Assembly: GCA_016432465.1 (NCBI GenBank)
Contig: CP066690.1
Span: 186,702-250,701, forward strand
Direction of reading: 5' to 3'
From: Candidatus Sungiibacteriota bacterium
Lineage (GTDB): Bacteria; Patescibacteriota; Minisyncoccia; Sungbacterales; HO2-52-23
DNA length: 64,000 bases
Positions within the stretch are counted from its first letter, which is position 1. Every line of letters starts with the position of its first letter. Position numbers and translations under genes: made by a program. Of this stretch, positions 40,260 through 48,840 are shown piece by piece. The notes under the pieces are model-generated. The model was not told where the DNA came from, did not search any database, and saw only the letters and a list, made by a program, of their open reading frames with translations.

Positions 40260-40310
40260 CCAAGATAACATGCTTCAGAGGCATGTGGCCTACCATTAGC
40301 CGACCCCGCA
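40260..40310 (-). pseudogene. Truncated tRNA-Gln(CTG), 5' 51 nt
   Basis: TGCGGGGTCGGCTAATGGTAGGCCA-CATGC-CTCTGAA-GCATG-TTATCTTGG; ends just before the T-loop at the cassette edge. Confidence 0.85.
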
Positions 40311-40385
40311 GTGTTGGAAAGAAATTTTTTAAAACGCCTATCAAGGCGTTTTAAATTATAACGCAAAATGTGTAAATCTCAAAAT

Positions 40386-41294
40386 TTAGATCTGAAGGTA
40401 GCGCCGTATTGCAATGAAACTTGAGGTGACACCCAATAGAATTCCCGCAAAAAGCATAATCAGGAAAAACTCAAAAAAGTTGGAAAGAAAATACTGAAAG
40501 AGGTCAAAACTAGGAACAAGCAGAGAAATCTTGGGCGATGCCAACCATATCAAAGGGAAAAAAACAAGCGTGGTGGCGGCAGCGGCGACTACGCCGTATA
40601 AAACTCCACCCACCAAAAACGGCCCTCGGATAAACCATTGGGTTGCGCCAACCAAGCGCATAATGCCGATCTCTTCACGCATGGTGTAAATCGCAAGACG
40701 AACGGTATTGAAAGCAACGAGCACCGCCACAAAAGCAAGAAAAATCGCAAGCATAGCCCCTCCTCCCCGCACGGTCCCCAAAATTGCGCCGAGCCTCTCA
40801 ATCACTTTTTGGTTTTCAAAATAATTCACCTTGTCTACGGTGGGATAATTTTTTTTCAGGAGAAAATCGCTCACCAATACGTAGTTGGAGGGGTCGCGGG
40901 CTTTTATGTTCAAGCTCGCCTGCAAAGGATTGTCGCCAAGCTCATCCAATGCTCCGGCAATAAGGGCGTTATTTTTGTGTCTTTCACGAAATTCCTCAAG
41001 GGCCCTGTCACGCGACACATAGGATACTTCGGAGACATCGGACAACGACTCAATATCGCGCTTTACTGCCAGAATATTTTGTTCCGGAGCATCGGTCGTA
41101 AAATAAACGCTGATGTCTATCTTGGACTCAAGCGACGACAACACGGTATTGGCAAGGGCACCCACAAAAATCAGATTGCCCAAGACAAACAAAACAAGCG
41201 ACAACACCAAAACTGTTGCCGTAGAAAGCCAACCGTTGCGTCGGAAACTCAAGTACCCGGATCTAAAAATGCGCCGCAGTGTCACTTTAAACAT
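40386..41294 (-). CDS. ftsX: Cell division permease FtsX
   Basis: TM-ECD-3TM; NTVRLAI..REEI.IMRLVGA..FIRGPF. Confidence 0.95.
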   Translation of the reverse strand: MFKVTLRRIFRSGYLSFRRNGWLSTATVLVLSLVLFVLGNLIFVGALANTVLSSLESKIDISVYFTTDAPEQNILAVKRDIESLSDVSEVSYVSRDRALEEFRERHKNNALIAGALDELGDNPLQASLNIKARDPSNYVLVSDFLLKKNYPTVDKVNYFENQKVIERLGAILGTVRGGGAMLAIFLAFVAVLVAFNTVRLAIYTMREEIGIMRLVGATQWFIRGPFLVGGVLYGVVAAAATTLVFFPLIWLASPKISLLVPSFDLFQYFLSNFFEFFLIMLFAGILLGVTSSFIAIRRYLQI

Positions 41295-41297
41295 AAT

Positions 41298-41978
41298 TTA
41301 TACCAGATATTTACCCTTTTCCTGATCGCTAATAACTTCCCCCTTATCTAATACTATCACTCTTTTATCAATGGCGTTAATTATTTCTTTATCGTGCGAG
41401 GCCAAAATTACCGTAGTGCCAAGGTCGTTGATTTTTTGTAAAAGTTTTATGATCTCCCAAGTATTTATGGGATCAAGGTTGCCGGTGGGCTCGTCTGCCA
41501 GTAAAACTTCGGGCCGGTTAATAAGCGCGCGGGCAATGGCCACCCGCTGTTTCTCACCGCCCGAAAGCTGATAGGGGAAATTATTCATTTTATCTTTTAA
41601 GCCTACAAGTTCCAGCACCTGCGGCACGTCTTCATCAATTTCCTCGTCATGCTTGGCCGCTGCCTCCATGGCAAAAGCCACGTTCTCGTGGGCAGTCTTG
41701 GATGTCAGAAGTTTATAATCCTGAAACACGGTGCCGATGCGCCGACGCACGTGATGCAGATCTTCTCTGGGCACCGAAGTAACTTCAAGGCCGTCCAGAA
41801 AAATTTTCCCCTCGGTCGGCTCTTCTTCGCGTATCAAAAGCTTAAGAAGCGTGGTCTTTCCGGCGCCGGAGGATCCGACAATAGAAATAAATTCTTTGGG
41901 CTGAATCCGAAGAGTTACGTTTTTCAACGCAACGGAGTTGTGATTATAGATTTTGGAGATGTTGTCAAAAAAAATCAA
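41298..41978 (-). CDS. ftsE: Cell division ATPase FtsE
   Basis: [29 protein letters not shown]; adjacent to ftsX. Confidence 0.95.
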   Translation of the reverse strand: MIFFDNISKIYNHNSVALKNVTLRIQPKEFISIVGSSGAGKTTLLKLLIREEEPTEGKIFLDGLEVTSVPREDLHHVRRRIGTVFQDYKLLTSKTAHENVAFAMEAAAKHDEEIDEDVPQVLELVGLKDKMNNFPYQLSGGEKQRVAIARALINRPEVLLADEPTGNLDPINTWEIIKLLQKINDLGTTVILASHDKEIINAIDKRVIVLDKGEVISDQEKGKYLV

Positions 41979-41985
41979 TATTAAC

Positions 41986-42053
41986 AGCTTTTAGCTGCTA
42001 GCTTTTAGCTGCTAGGAATTCCCTATAAGCTATAAGCTATAAGCTATAAGCTA
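41986..42053. repeat. Heptamer tandem repeats overlapping the prfB stop
   Basis: (AGCTTTTAGCTGCT)x2 and (TAAGCTA)x4. Confidence 0.8.
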
Positions 42054-43130
42054 CTCACTTCTGCTTCAATAAATTCACCCAACCCACCGTCCAATACCGC
42101 ATCAATGTTTGAAGTCTCAACCCCTGTCCTGTGGTCCTTCACCATCTGATACGGATGCATAACATAAGAACGGATCTGGCTACCCCATTCCACTGCTACC
42201 TTTTCCTGACGAATTCCTTGCCGTTCTTTTTCCTGACGCTGCAGCTCAAATTGATACAGCCGCGAACGCAAAAGCCCAAGCGCCAGCTCCCGGTTTCGTT
42301 CCTGCGTTCGCTCAACTTGCGAAGCAACTTGTATTCCGGTTGGCAAATGCGTGACCCGCACCGCAGTCTCTCTTTTATTTACATTCTGCCCGCCCGGTCC
42401 GGAGGAACGGAAAAAATCAATTTTCAAATCTTCCGGTTTAATTTCAACTTCTTCCGGGGCGACAAATTCCGGCATAACGTCAGCCAAGGCAAAAGAAGTG
42501 TGGCGGAGCGATTGCGCCGAAAAAGGCGAAATACGCACCAGCCGATGCACTCCGGACTCCTTTTTCAGATACCCGTAAGCGTGGGGAGCTACTATTAATA
42601 TAGTAGCATTTTTTATGCCCCAGCCCCCAGGCCCTTGATTCTCACCCCAATGCTCATGTATGGTCTTTGTTTTCCAGCCGCGTTTCTCACCAAAACGCCG
42701 GTACATCCGTAAAAGCAAAGCTGCCCAGTCTTCGGCGTCCTTACCTCCTGCTCCGGAATAAATTGACAGTACGGCATTGCCCTTATCATACTTCCCGGAA
42801 AAATAAAGCTCTGTTTCCGCTTCTTTTACTTTCTTATCAAGAGCTGCAACCTCTTCCGCTAATTTTGCCTCTCCTTCGCCAACTTCCAGGAGCTCTTTGA
42901 GCATAGCGGCTTCGGCTGCCATCTTTTCAATCCGTTCAGACTCGCGCTTTAATGCCGCCAATTCCTGACTTTGCTCTGCTGCCCGTTTTTTGTCTGCCCA
43001 GAAGTCTGGGCGCTGCATCTCCTGTTCAATTTTCAAAATTTCCTCTTGTTTTCCGGCAATGTCAAAGCCGGTCCGCCAATTGGCGGATCTTAACTTCCAG
43101 TTCGTTAACTTTTTCTTTCTGGTCTTCCAT
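42044..43130 (-). CDS. prfB: Peptide chain release factor 2, +1 programmed frameshift
   Basis: MEDQKEK..LADRL then CTT TGA C (43067-43061) joins DIAGK frame; SPF and GGQ motifs. Confidence 0.93.
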
Positions 43131-43179
43131 AACATACAGTATACCATAATCCCAAAATTTAAAAAGCGCGACCGACGGG

Positions 43180-43836
43180 TCACGCCTCTTTTGCTTGGGG
43201 TACAGTACTTGATTTACCCTCCTCCCAAAAACCAAAAATGATGCCTCCGATTTCAAGTTGATATACCATAACAAAGTGCGGGTCACCAGCAAAACGTTCC
43301 TCTGCTTTATACACGTCACTCACAAAGAAATGTATACGATCCTCACTTTGATCAGAAAAGTTTTTCTTAAGACTTGCTATAGTTCTAAGATCAATTAGCG
43401 GTATTTCTCTCGCATAAGGATTAAAACTACTATAAAAACCACCATACTGATAGGAGAAAGATTCCCCGCCAAACTTAAACCCATCAATCTTATCTCTGGG
43501 CCGTAATGCTTTCCAAACCCACTCACGATAAATAGACGCGTCTTCTGGTGAATCATCCGGAATCACTTTGTCGGGTACTTCTTTGCGCGGCCTAAGGTTA
43601 AGAAAACCAAAAACCTCTTGCGGATTATAAATGAGGATCTTTTGTGTCTTCAGAAAGAACAATATCGCTCTCCGCAAAACCGTAGGCAAGTGACACCCAA
43701 CAGCTTGTATAAGTTGGGTGTATTCCTCTAGCTCCTCCGGGCTCATTCCAATATCAGCATCGGTTACCTCACGCGGCTCCGGCTTTTTAATTGCCGGTCT
43801 TGGCAGCGATAGTTGCCTGCGCTTTTCCCAGAACAT
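43180..43836 (-). CDS. Hypothetical protein, paralogue of 43862-44566
   Basis: AAGGAG RBS; W..LRP.D, FFVS, DP.F, IFG.W. Confidence 0.75.
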   Translation of the reverse strand: MFWEKRRQLSLPRPAIKKPEPREVTDADIGMSPEELEEYTQLIQAVGCHLPTVLRRAILFFLKTQKILIYNPQEVFGFLNLRPRKEVPDKVIPDDSPEDASIYREWVWKALRPRDKIDGFKFGGESFSYQYGGFYSSFNPYAREIPLIDLRTIASLKKNFSDQSEDRIHFFVSDVYKAEERFAGDPHFVMVYQLEIGGIIFGFWEEGKSSTVPQAKEA

Positions 43837-43861
43837 TGGTGCTCCTTTCCTGGTCTTGGTT

Positions 43862-44566
43862 TTAGGCTACTTCTTCCGACGGAATTTCAGCAAAATCCGG
43901 TCCGTTCCAGTGGCCGAAAATTATCGGCTGCATATTGTCACCACGGACTATAATAAACGCCGGGTCATCAATGGTTCTACGGCTGATATACAGGCTAACA
44001 AAGAAGTTTATTCTGATATCAAATTTTTTAGCAAGAAGCACTGCCGTCTCCAGCACCTTACGGGGGACAATATCAGAATAGTGTGGGGAGCCAGCACCAG
44101 AAAAGTAACCATGCGAATATGTTCTATTATGTGTGTGCTCATCTGGAAAAGAAAAGGTGCGTGCGTTTAGGTCTTTTGGGCGTAGCGCCATCCAACCCCA
44201 ACCTCTCCAAGAAACAGGTTGTTTCTTTTGGACTCCGTCGTCAGGAATAATTTTCCTTGGCTCGGGTTGAGAAACCAAAAAGTCACAGGCCTGAAGGTAT
44301 AAAAACACAGCTTCTTTTTCGTAGATTTTAATGCCCGAACTTTTAAGCAGTAGCAGCAATTCTGCCCTCAATGCCGCCGCGGGCTGAAAATCAATGCTGG
44401 CGCCAAGCCGGCAATACTCTAACCACGTTTTCTCGTCAAAATCACCGTAAAGTTCTGGTATTTCTTGGGGTTCTGGCCTTTTGACCATTATTAATTTTGA
44501 AGGTGCAGGAGTAATTCCATCTGCTTTTTTAACCGGGAGTTTGCTTCTTGATGTAAAAAGAGACAT
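43862..44566 (-). CDS. Hypothetical protein, paralogue of 43180-43836
   Basis: Shared IPDD, W.W.ALRPKD, FFVS, DDPAF, IFGHW. Confidence 0.75.
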   Translation of the reverse strand: MSLFTSRSKLPVKKADGITPAPSKLIMVKRPEPQEIPELYGDFDEKTWLEYCRLGASIDFQPAAALRAELLLLLKSSGIKIYEKEAVFLYLQACDFLVSQPEPRKIIPDDGVQKKQPVSWRGWGWMALRPKDLNARTFSFPDEHTHNRTYSHGYFSGAGSPHYSDIVPRKVLETAVLLAKKFDIRINFFVSLYISRRTIDDPAFIIVRGDNMQPIIFGHWNGPDFAEIPSEEVA

Positions 44567-44656
44567 CCTTTAATCCCCCATCAAGCTAGCATCTAGTATT
44601 GCATAACTATATAACTTTGTCAAGTGACAGCAAAAAAACGGCGTTGAACGCCGTCT

Positions 44657-45322
44657 TCAGCCATGAAACCGATCAACCCTGTTGGACAGACTGTAGAAAC
44701 TTAATAGCGGGGTTTGGTGAGCTGTAGCTTCCCCTGTACCCGCTTCATGCGGTTGTTCATCCAGAATTTCTTTGGTTTTGCTAAGCTTTGTAAACCGTCT
44801 TTGCAGGAACAAAAATTTTATTCTCTTGAAAAGCCCAAAGTCAAAAATTCCCCGAATTCCCATAATAATCTCTTCAAGGGTTATCGTAACAGTTCCGGCT
44901 AATAGGAAGGTGGCGACAGAACGAGCCACTGGTTCTACTGTATTATCCATAACTCCCCAATAAGAAGTTGCGGCCGAAATTATCAAAGTAAGAAAGCCGA
45001 CTGCGGCAATATTGCGTTTGACCGAGCGCACAACTATTTTTTCCAATTCCTTCCTTTCGTGATCAGGCAACCCGCACAGCTCAAGCGTATCATCAAACAT
45101 GTATCTTCTGACGTATCGCTCCAGAAGCCTATGGTACTCTAACGAGTCCCTAGTCAGTCTTTGTTTACGAAACTCCAAGGCTTCTTTTCTGGCTGTCTCT
45201 TGGGCCTCAACCCTCTGCTTTTGAGCAAGACGCTCAAGCTCATGATGCCGTTCTATGCGCCTTGTCTGAATACGTTCACGTGCATTTTGCATGATCACCG
45301 GATCCATTTTTTCACCTCGCAC
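44657..45322 (-). CDS. Hypothetical coiled-coil 2-TM protein
   Basis: Charged N-terminus then two hydrophobic helices; start may be ATG at 45307. Confidence 0.6.
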   Translation of the reverse strand: MRGEKMDPVIMQNARERIQTRRIERHHELERLAQKQRVEAQETARKEALEFRKQRLTRDSLEYHRLLERYVRRYMFDDTLELCGLPDHERKELEKIVVRSVKRNIAAVGFLTLIISAATSYWGVMDNTVEPVARSVATFLLAGTVTITLEEIIMGIRGIFDFGLFKRIKFLFLQRRFTKLSKTKEILDEQPHEAGTGEATAHQTPLLSFYSLSNRVDRFHG

Positions 45323-46149
45323 TGGTTCTCTTCCAAAACGACAAGTAACTCCTTATGAAATAAGGTACGGGCAAACTCTTCCTCCTCGTCTGCGCCCTCA
45401 TTTCTTACCAAAGTTAGGTTGAAAATACCCCCATTCAGCGTCAGCACGACATCTGTAAAAGACACGGCAACCATATTTTTATTAATTTTTTCTGTTTTTC
45501 CGCTGCCCTCGTAGTGCGCCAAGTGACCAAGACGGTCACAATAAACTGCCGCAGCACCCCGAAAAAGTAAGGTTTGGTCGCTAGCTAGTCCGAGATTGTG
45601 ACGCACCAAAATAGAATTTGTGTCTTCCTTAAGTTCTTTTTCCCCCGCGTCATCCCTTCTAAACTTTCTAATTCTTCTGCAGTCACACCTAACTTTTTCC
45701 TCTCTCCAAAAACTCCAGTTACCAAAAGATTGTAAAAGGGCGCTAATCTTCCCCTGCTTTGTTCCACCCAGCCATGCGGCGTCCGCAAGCAAAGTTCCTT
45801 CTGAAGGAAACCCTGTTTTTTCGTTCCACACCACACTGCATATTTGTGGCGCGTCTTTCTGATGTTCCAGAACCTCGGCGTGAGCCGCAAGAGCAAGGAG
45901 AAACATTTTGTGCAAGACGGCCATCGCATAGAAGTCGGGGCCAGACTTTTTTATTTCAAATTTAGAGACCGTATCCAGCCGTTCTTGAATACGCGCCAGT
46001 GATTCCTCGGGCGTAAGGATGTTTGCCCATGGCTCTTTCTGTATAGAAGAAGCCTGTTCCTGCTGTCCAAAGACAAAATCTCCAGAAAGTTCGCCCAAGG
46101 GAACAGAAAGTAACCCACCACCGTCAACAGCTCCCATAAGTCTCCCCAA
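45295..46149 (-). CDS. Hypothetical protein
   Basis: 284 aa ORF; GGGGAG RBS favours ATG at 46137. Confidence 0.6.
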   Translation of the reverse strand: MGRLMGAVDGGGLLSVPLGELSGDFVFGQQEQASSIQKEPWANILTPEESLARIQERLDTVSKFEIKKSGPDFYAMAVLHKMFLLALAAHAEVLEHQKDAPQICSVVWNEKTGFPSEGTLLADAAWLGGTKQGKISALLQSFGNWSFWREEKVRCDCRRIRKFRRDDAGEKELKEDTNSILVRHNLGLASDQTLLFRGAAAVYCDRLGHLAHYEGSGKTEKINKNMVAVSFTDVVLTLNGGIFNLTLVRNEGADEEEEFARTLFHKELLVVLEENQCEVKKWIR

Positions 46150-46283
46150 ACAAGTAGTAAAAAGCTGTATCTATTATAATCATGAAACGACCCATGAGTC
46201 AAGTCCTTCGTAATGGTTCAATAGCTTGTAACCACCCCGTATAAATTAAAAACAGGTTCCCCTATGGAAACCCGTTCTTCTTT

Positions 46284-46538
46284 CTATTTTTTATCTGCTG
46301 CCTTCTTGCGTCCGGAGCGTTCCTGTTTTTTTGCGTCAGCCCTACCCTTTTCAAACTGACCCACAATGGTTCCTGCACCGTAAACAGTCCTTTTGGTCAA
46401 TTCTCCTGCTGCTTCGGCGGCATTTCCCATCAGTCTTTTTCCGCGCTCCCAAAGATAACTTCCCACTACTCTAGTCTGCCCCTTCAGGAACTCAAGCTCT
46501 GGACTAAACTTCCGGTGGTCGTTTTTGTCTTTAGCCAC
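46284..46538 (-). CDS. Small basic hypothetical protein
   Basis: GGGAG RBS; last gene of a three-gene run. Confidence 0.6.
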   Translation of the reverse strand: MAKDKNDHRKFSPELEFLKGQTRVVGSYLWERGKRLMGNAAEAAGELTKRTVYGAGTIVGQFEKGRADAKKQERSGRKKAADKK

Positions 46539-46543
46539 GACTA

Positions 46544-46765
46544 CTACTCCCTATCCCTATTTTCTCTTCGTCTTGCTTTAGAAACAAGCCAAACTAACCC
46601 CAACACACCCGCAACTGGCACCGCTAATGCCGTTACAGTAGTAATCGCCATACTGCCAACCCCGAGTGAAAAACCAAGCACTTTCCATAAAGCCGCTCCT
46701 CCTGCTCCAGCAACTACTATCGGTCCTACCAAATTCCCCACACTGCGTGCACTACTCCTTGCCAT
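46544..46765 (-). CDS. Small Gly-rich 2-TM protein
   Basis: GGGGAGG RBS before MARSSAR; GAGGAA hydrophobic hairpin. Confidence 0.6.
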   Translation of the reverse strand: MARSSARSVGNLVGPIVVAGAGGAALWKVLGFSLGVGSMAITTVTALAVPVAGVLGLVWLVSKARRRENRDRE

Positions 46766-47789
46766 CGGCCGCCTCCCCTTGCTGAACGGCACCTTCTGCC
46801 GTCTGTTCCCCACCAGCTTTTGCTGCGGGACCAACCGCCCTGCTTCTTACCCGCGCCTCAAGTTGCAGGCGCCCGGAAGACGCGGGCCCCAAGACGCGGG
46901 CACATTTTTCACGCAACTCTGTATCCGCCAACTCAAGACGTTCTACAAGTTCACGACCTGCTACAGGACGCTTATTTAAAACCTCCATCACGTCAACTGC
47001 GGCCATCAGGGATTGATGCGAACTCTCAACCGTCTTTATCAGCAACTCACCCGCAACAAAAACGCCTCTACCTGCCCCAAGCGCGGCCCTAGCAGCCTCG
47101 CGATGCGCGGTGATACTTGGCTTCAAGGTGGCAAACTCAACGTACATCGCTATCACCATATGTATGATGCCTAGAATCTCATTGCTTACCGAACTTAATT
47201 TCCGGCTTGCCTTCTCCAGAGCGGTTTTTCTTCTTTGCAGACTAGCAAGAATCATTTGAGCAAAGATGTCTTTTTCTTCTTGGTCCATGTTTTCGCCGCG
47301 AAGTCTAAGAAGTTCAACCACTTCCGGATCAATTGCCAAACCCATTTTATTTGATTCATCAAGACTGTACTTAAAAAGCTCTTCCTCGTCCCAACCACCT
47401 TCTGTGGCATCTTGAATGACTCCAGCAAGACGTTCCTTTTCTTCTGCATTATTCATTTCTACATACTTAATATCCAAGGCGCTCTCCTGAAGACTGTTGG
47501 CCCACTCTCTTATCACCTGCTCTGCCCCCACCAGCGGATCAAATCTGTTATCCATAAAACCAAACAACAATTTTTGAACCTTTTTGATGGGTATCAAAGC
47601 CACCACACCTTCCATCACGCCCCTTAAAAAGTCCTCGGCCGAAGACGGCTCTGATTCCATCATCTCTTCCAGACGCTCTGGCAACTTCTCTCTTTGTTCG
47701 TTAGCTGCTCTTACCTTCCTAATTATTGCTTCAATGCTGCGTCCGCCTTCTAAACGATCTCGTGTTTCAACAACTCCGCTGACTGCCAT
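46752..47789 (-). CDS. All-helical coiled-coil hypothetical protein
   Basis: GGAGG RBS; 345 aa, acidic, helical. Confidence 0.7.
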   Translation of the reverse strand: MAVSGVVETRDRLEGGRSIEAIIRKVRAANEQREKLPERLEEMMESEPSSAEDFLRGVMEGVVALIPIKKVQKLLFGFMDNRFDPLVGAEQVIREWANSLQESALDIKYVEMNNAEEKERLAGVIQDATEGGWDEEELFKYSLDESNKMGLAIDPEVVELLRLRGENMDQEEKDIFAQMILASLQRRKTALEKASRKLSSVSNEILGIIHMVIAMYVEFATLKPSITAHREAARAALGAGRGVFVAGELLIKTVESSHQSLMAAVDVMEVLNKRPVAGRELVERLELADTELREKCARVLGPASSGRLQLEARVRSRAVGPAAKAGGEQTAEGAVQQGEAADGKE

Positions 47790-48018
47790 CTTTGCCTCCG
47801 TACGGCTTGAAGCCAGTGTAGACTATGCTGTTTAGAGTATACAACCTCTACAAATCTATGTCAAGTTTAGCGTGGGGGTTTATCAAAAATTCCGCCACGC
47901 CCTCGCTTGCCTGCCCGTCCGAATCCGTCAGCTGGCAGAGAAGGCTGGACGGCAAATCCTTTGAAAAGTTAAAAATGGAAACGGAGCACCATAGGGTGCT
48001 CCGTTGGAACTGCTCCGT

Positions 48019-48450
48019 CTAATAACTGCAGTAACGCTTCTCGCCGAAGCGTTCCTGCGGATAACTCCGCAGGCACTTCAGGGTCATCAGGTTCCTCTGG
48101 AAGACTGCCAGCACCGCCGACACGGAGTCCACGTCTTCGAAGTTGAAAACGAGGTCCGTGTCATCAAGACAGGCACCAGTGATGCGACGCCCGGTCGTGC
48201 CTGCCTGCCGGGACATCTCGAGCGCCCGCTTGAGCGCCCGAATCCCGACCCTGTTTTCGGCGATCAGCTTGGAGAGGGGCTGATCGCCATTCGGGACGAC
48301 GTACCCGAAGGCATTCCGCCCTCTCTTCACGTCCCTGCAAAGCGAGTCGGCGGTCGCCGCCTCGCTCGGGTGGTGGGCGAAAACCGGGGTGGCGAGGGCC
48401 ATCACGGCGAGGAACACCACAGCGAGAACGACGATGAACTTCAACCTCAT
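48019..48450 (-). CDS. Secreted hypothetical protein, visibly GC-rich
   Basis: AGGAGG RBS, signal peptide ending VFA, 4 Cys; terminator at 47980-48006. Confidence 0.7.
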   Translation of the reverse strand: MRLKFIVVLAVVFLAVMALATPVFAHHPSEAATADSLCRDVKRGRNAFGYVVPNGDQPLSKLIAENRVGIRALKRALEMSRQAGTTGRRITGACLDDTDLVFNFEDVDSVSAVLAVFQRNLMTLKCLRSYPQERFGEKRYCSY

Positions 48451-48645
48451 GGGAACCTCCTCTCGTTTGATTGCCGCAGCGGTATGCTACGGCAACAAAG
48501 AAAAAACTAACCTCTTAACTCCCTCTTTGTTGCCGTAGAATATAGCCTATTTTAAGATACTTAGTAGCTAACTCAATAGTAACATAAATGTAGAAAAAAG
48601 TCAAATAAATTAGCCTACCCCGGGACTTGAACCCGAAACCCATTT

Positions 48646-48752
48646 ACCCCGTTAGATGTGCCAATGAGCCGGTGGTCGGATTTGAACCGACGACCCACGC
48701 TTTACGAAAGCGTTGCTCTACCACTGAGCTACACCGGCACATCTAACGGGGT
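48646..48752. mobile_element. CCCGTTAGA-arm cassette carrying tRNA-Thr
   Basis: 17-bp perfect inverted repeat ACCCCGTTAGATGTGCC/GGCACATCTAACGGGGT; core 48648-48750 = 103 bp. Confidence 0.85.
48667..48738 (-). tRNA. tRNA-Thr(CGT)
   Basis: GCCGGTG/CACCGGC, ACGCT-TTCGTAA-AGCGT, GTCGG-TTCAAAT-CCGAC. Confidence 0.95.
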
Positions 48753-48840
48753 TGCTCTGCCATTGAGCTAGGTCGGCATTTCTAACGTTCCTGCTAAACT
48801 GTCAAACATCGAACATGTCAAACATTGAATGTCTGACATA

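Larger units (their letters stand above)
40097..40260. mobile_element. CCCCACACTCA-arm cassette carrying tRNA-Gln and a nested short element
   Basis: CCCCCACACTCA (40102-40113) ... TGAGTGTGGGGG (40244-40255). Confidence 0.7.
48612..48777 (-). pseudogene. Thr-like tRNA whose anticodon arm is replaced by a cassette
   Basis: 5' GCCGACCTAGCTCAATGGCAGAGCAAC ... 3' GGGTT-TCGGGTTCAAGTCCCGG-GGTAGGCT. Confidence 0.8.

Noticed and set aside
43131-43183. ORF-track N-terminal extension of RF2 (MTRRSRF...)
   Set aside because: Better explained by ATG 43130 plus the CTT-TGA frameshift
48612-48777. Group I or canonical tRNA intron
   Set aside because: Insert is only ~100 nt and mostly a tRNA; removing it does not rebuild an anticodon arm
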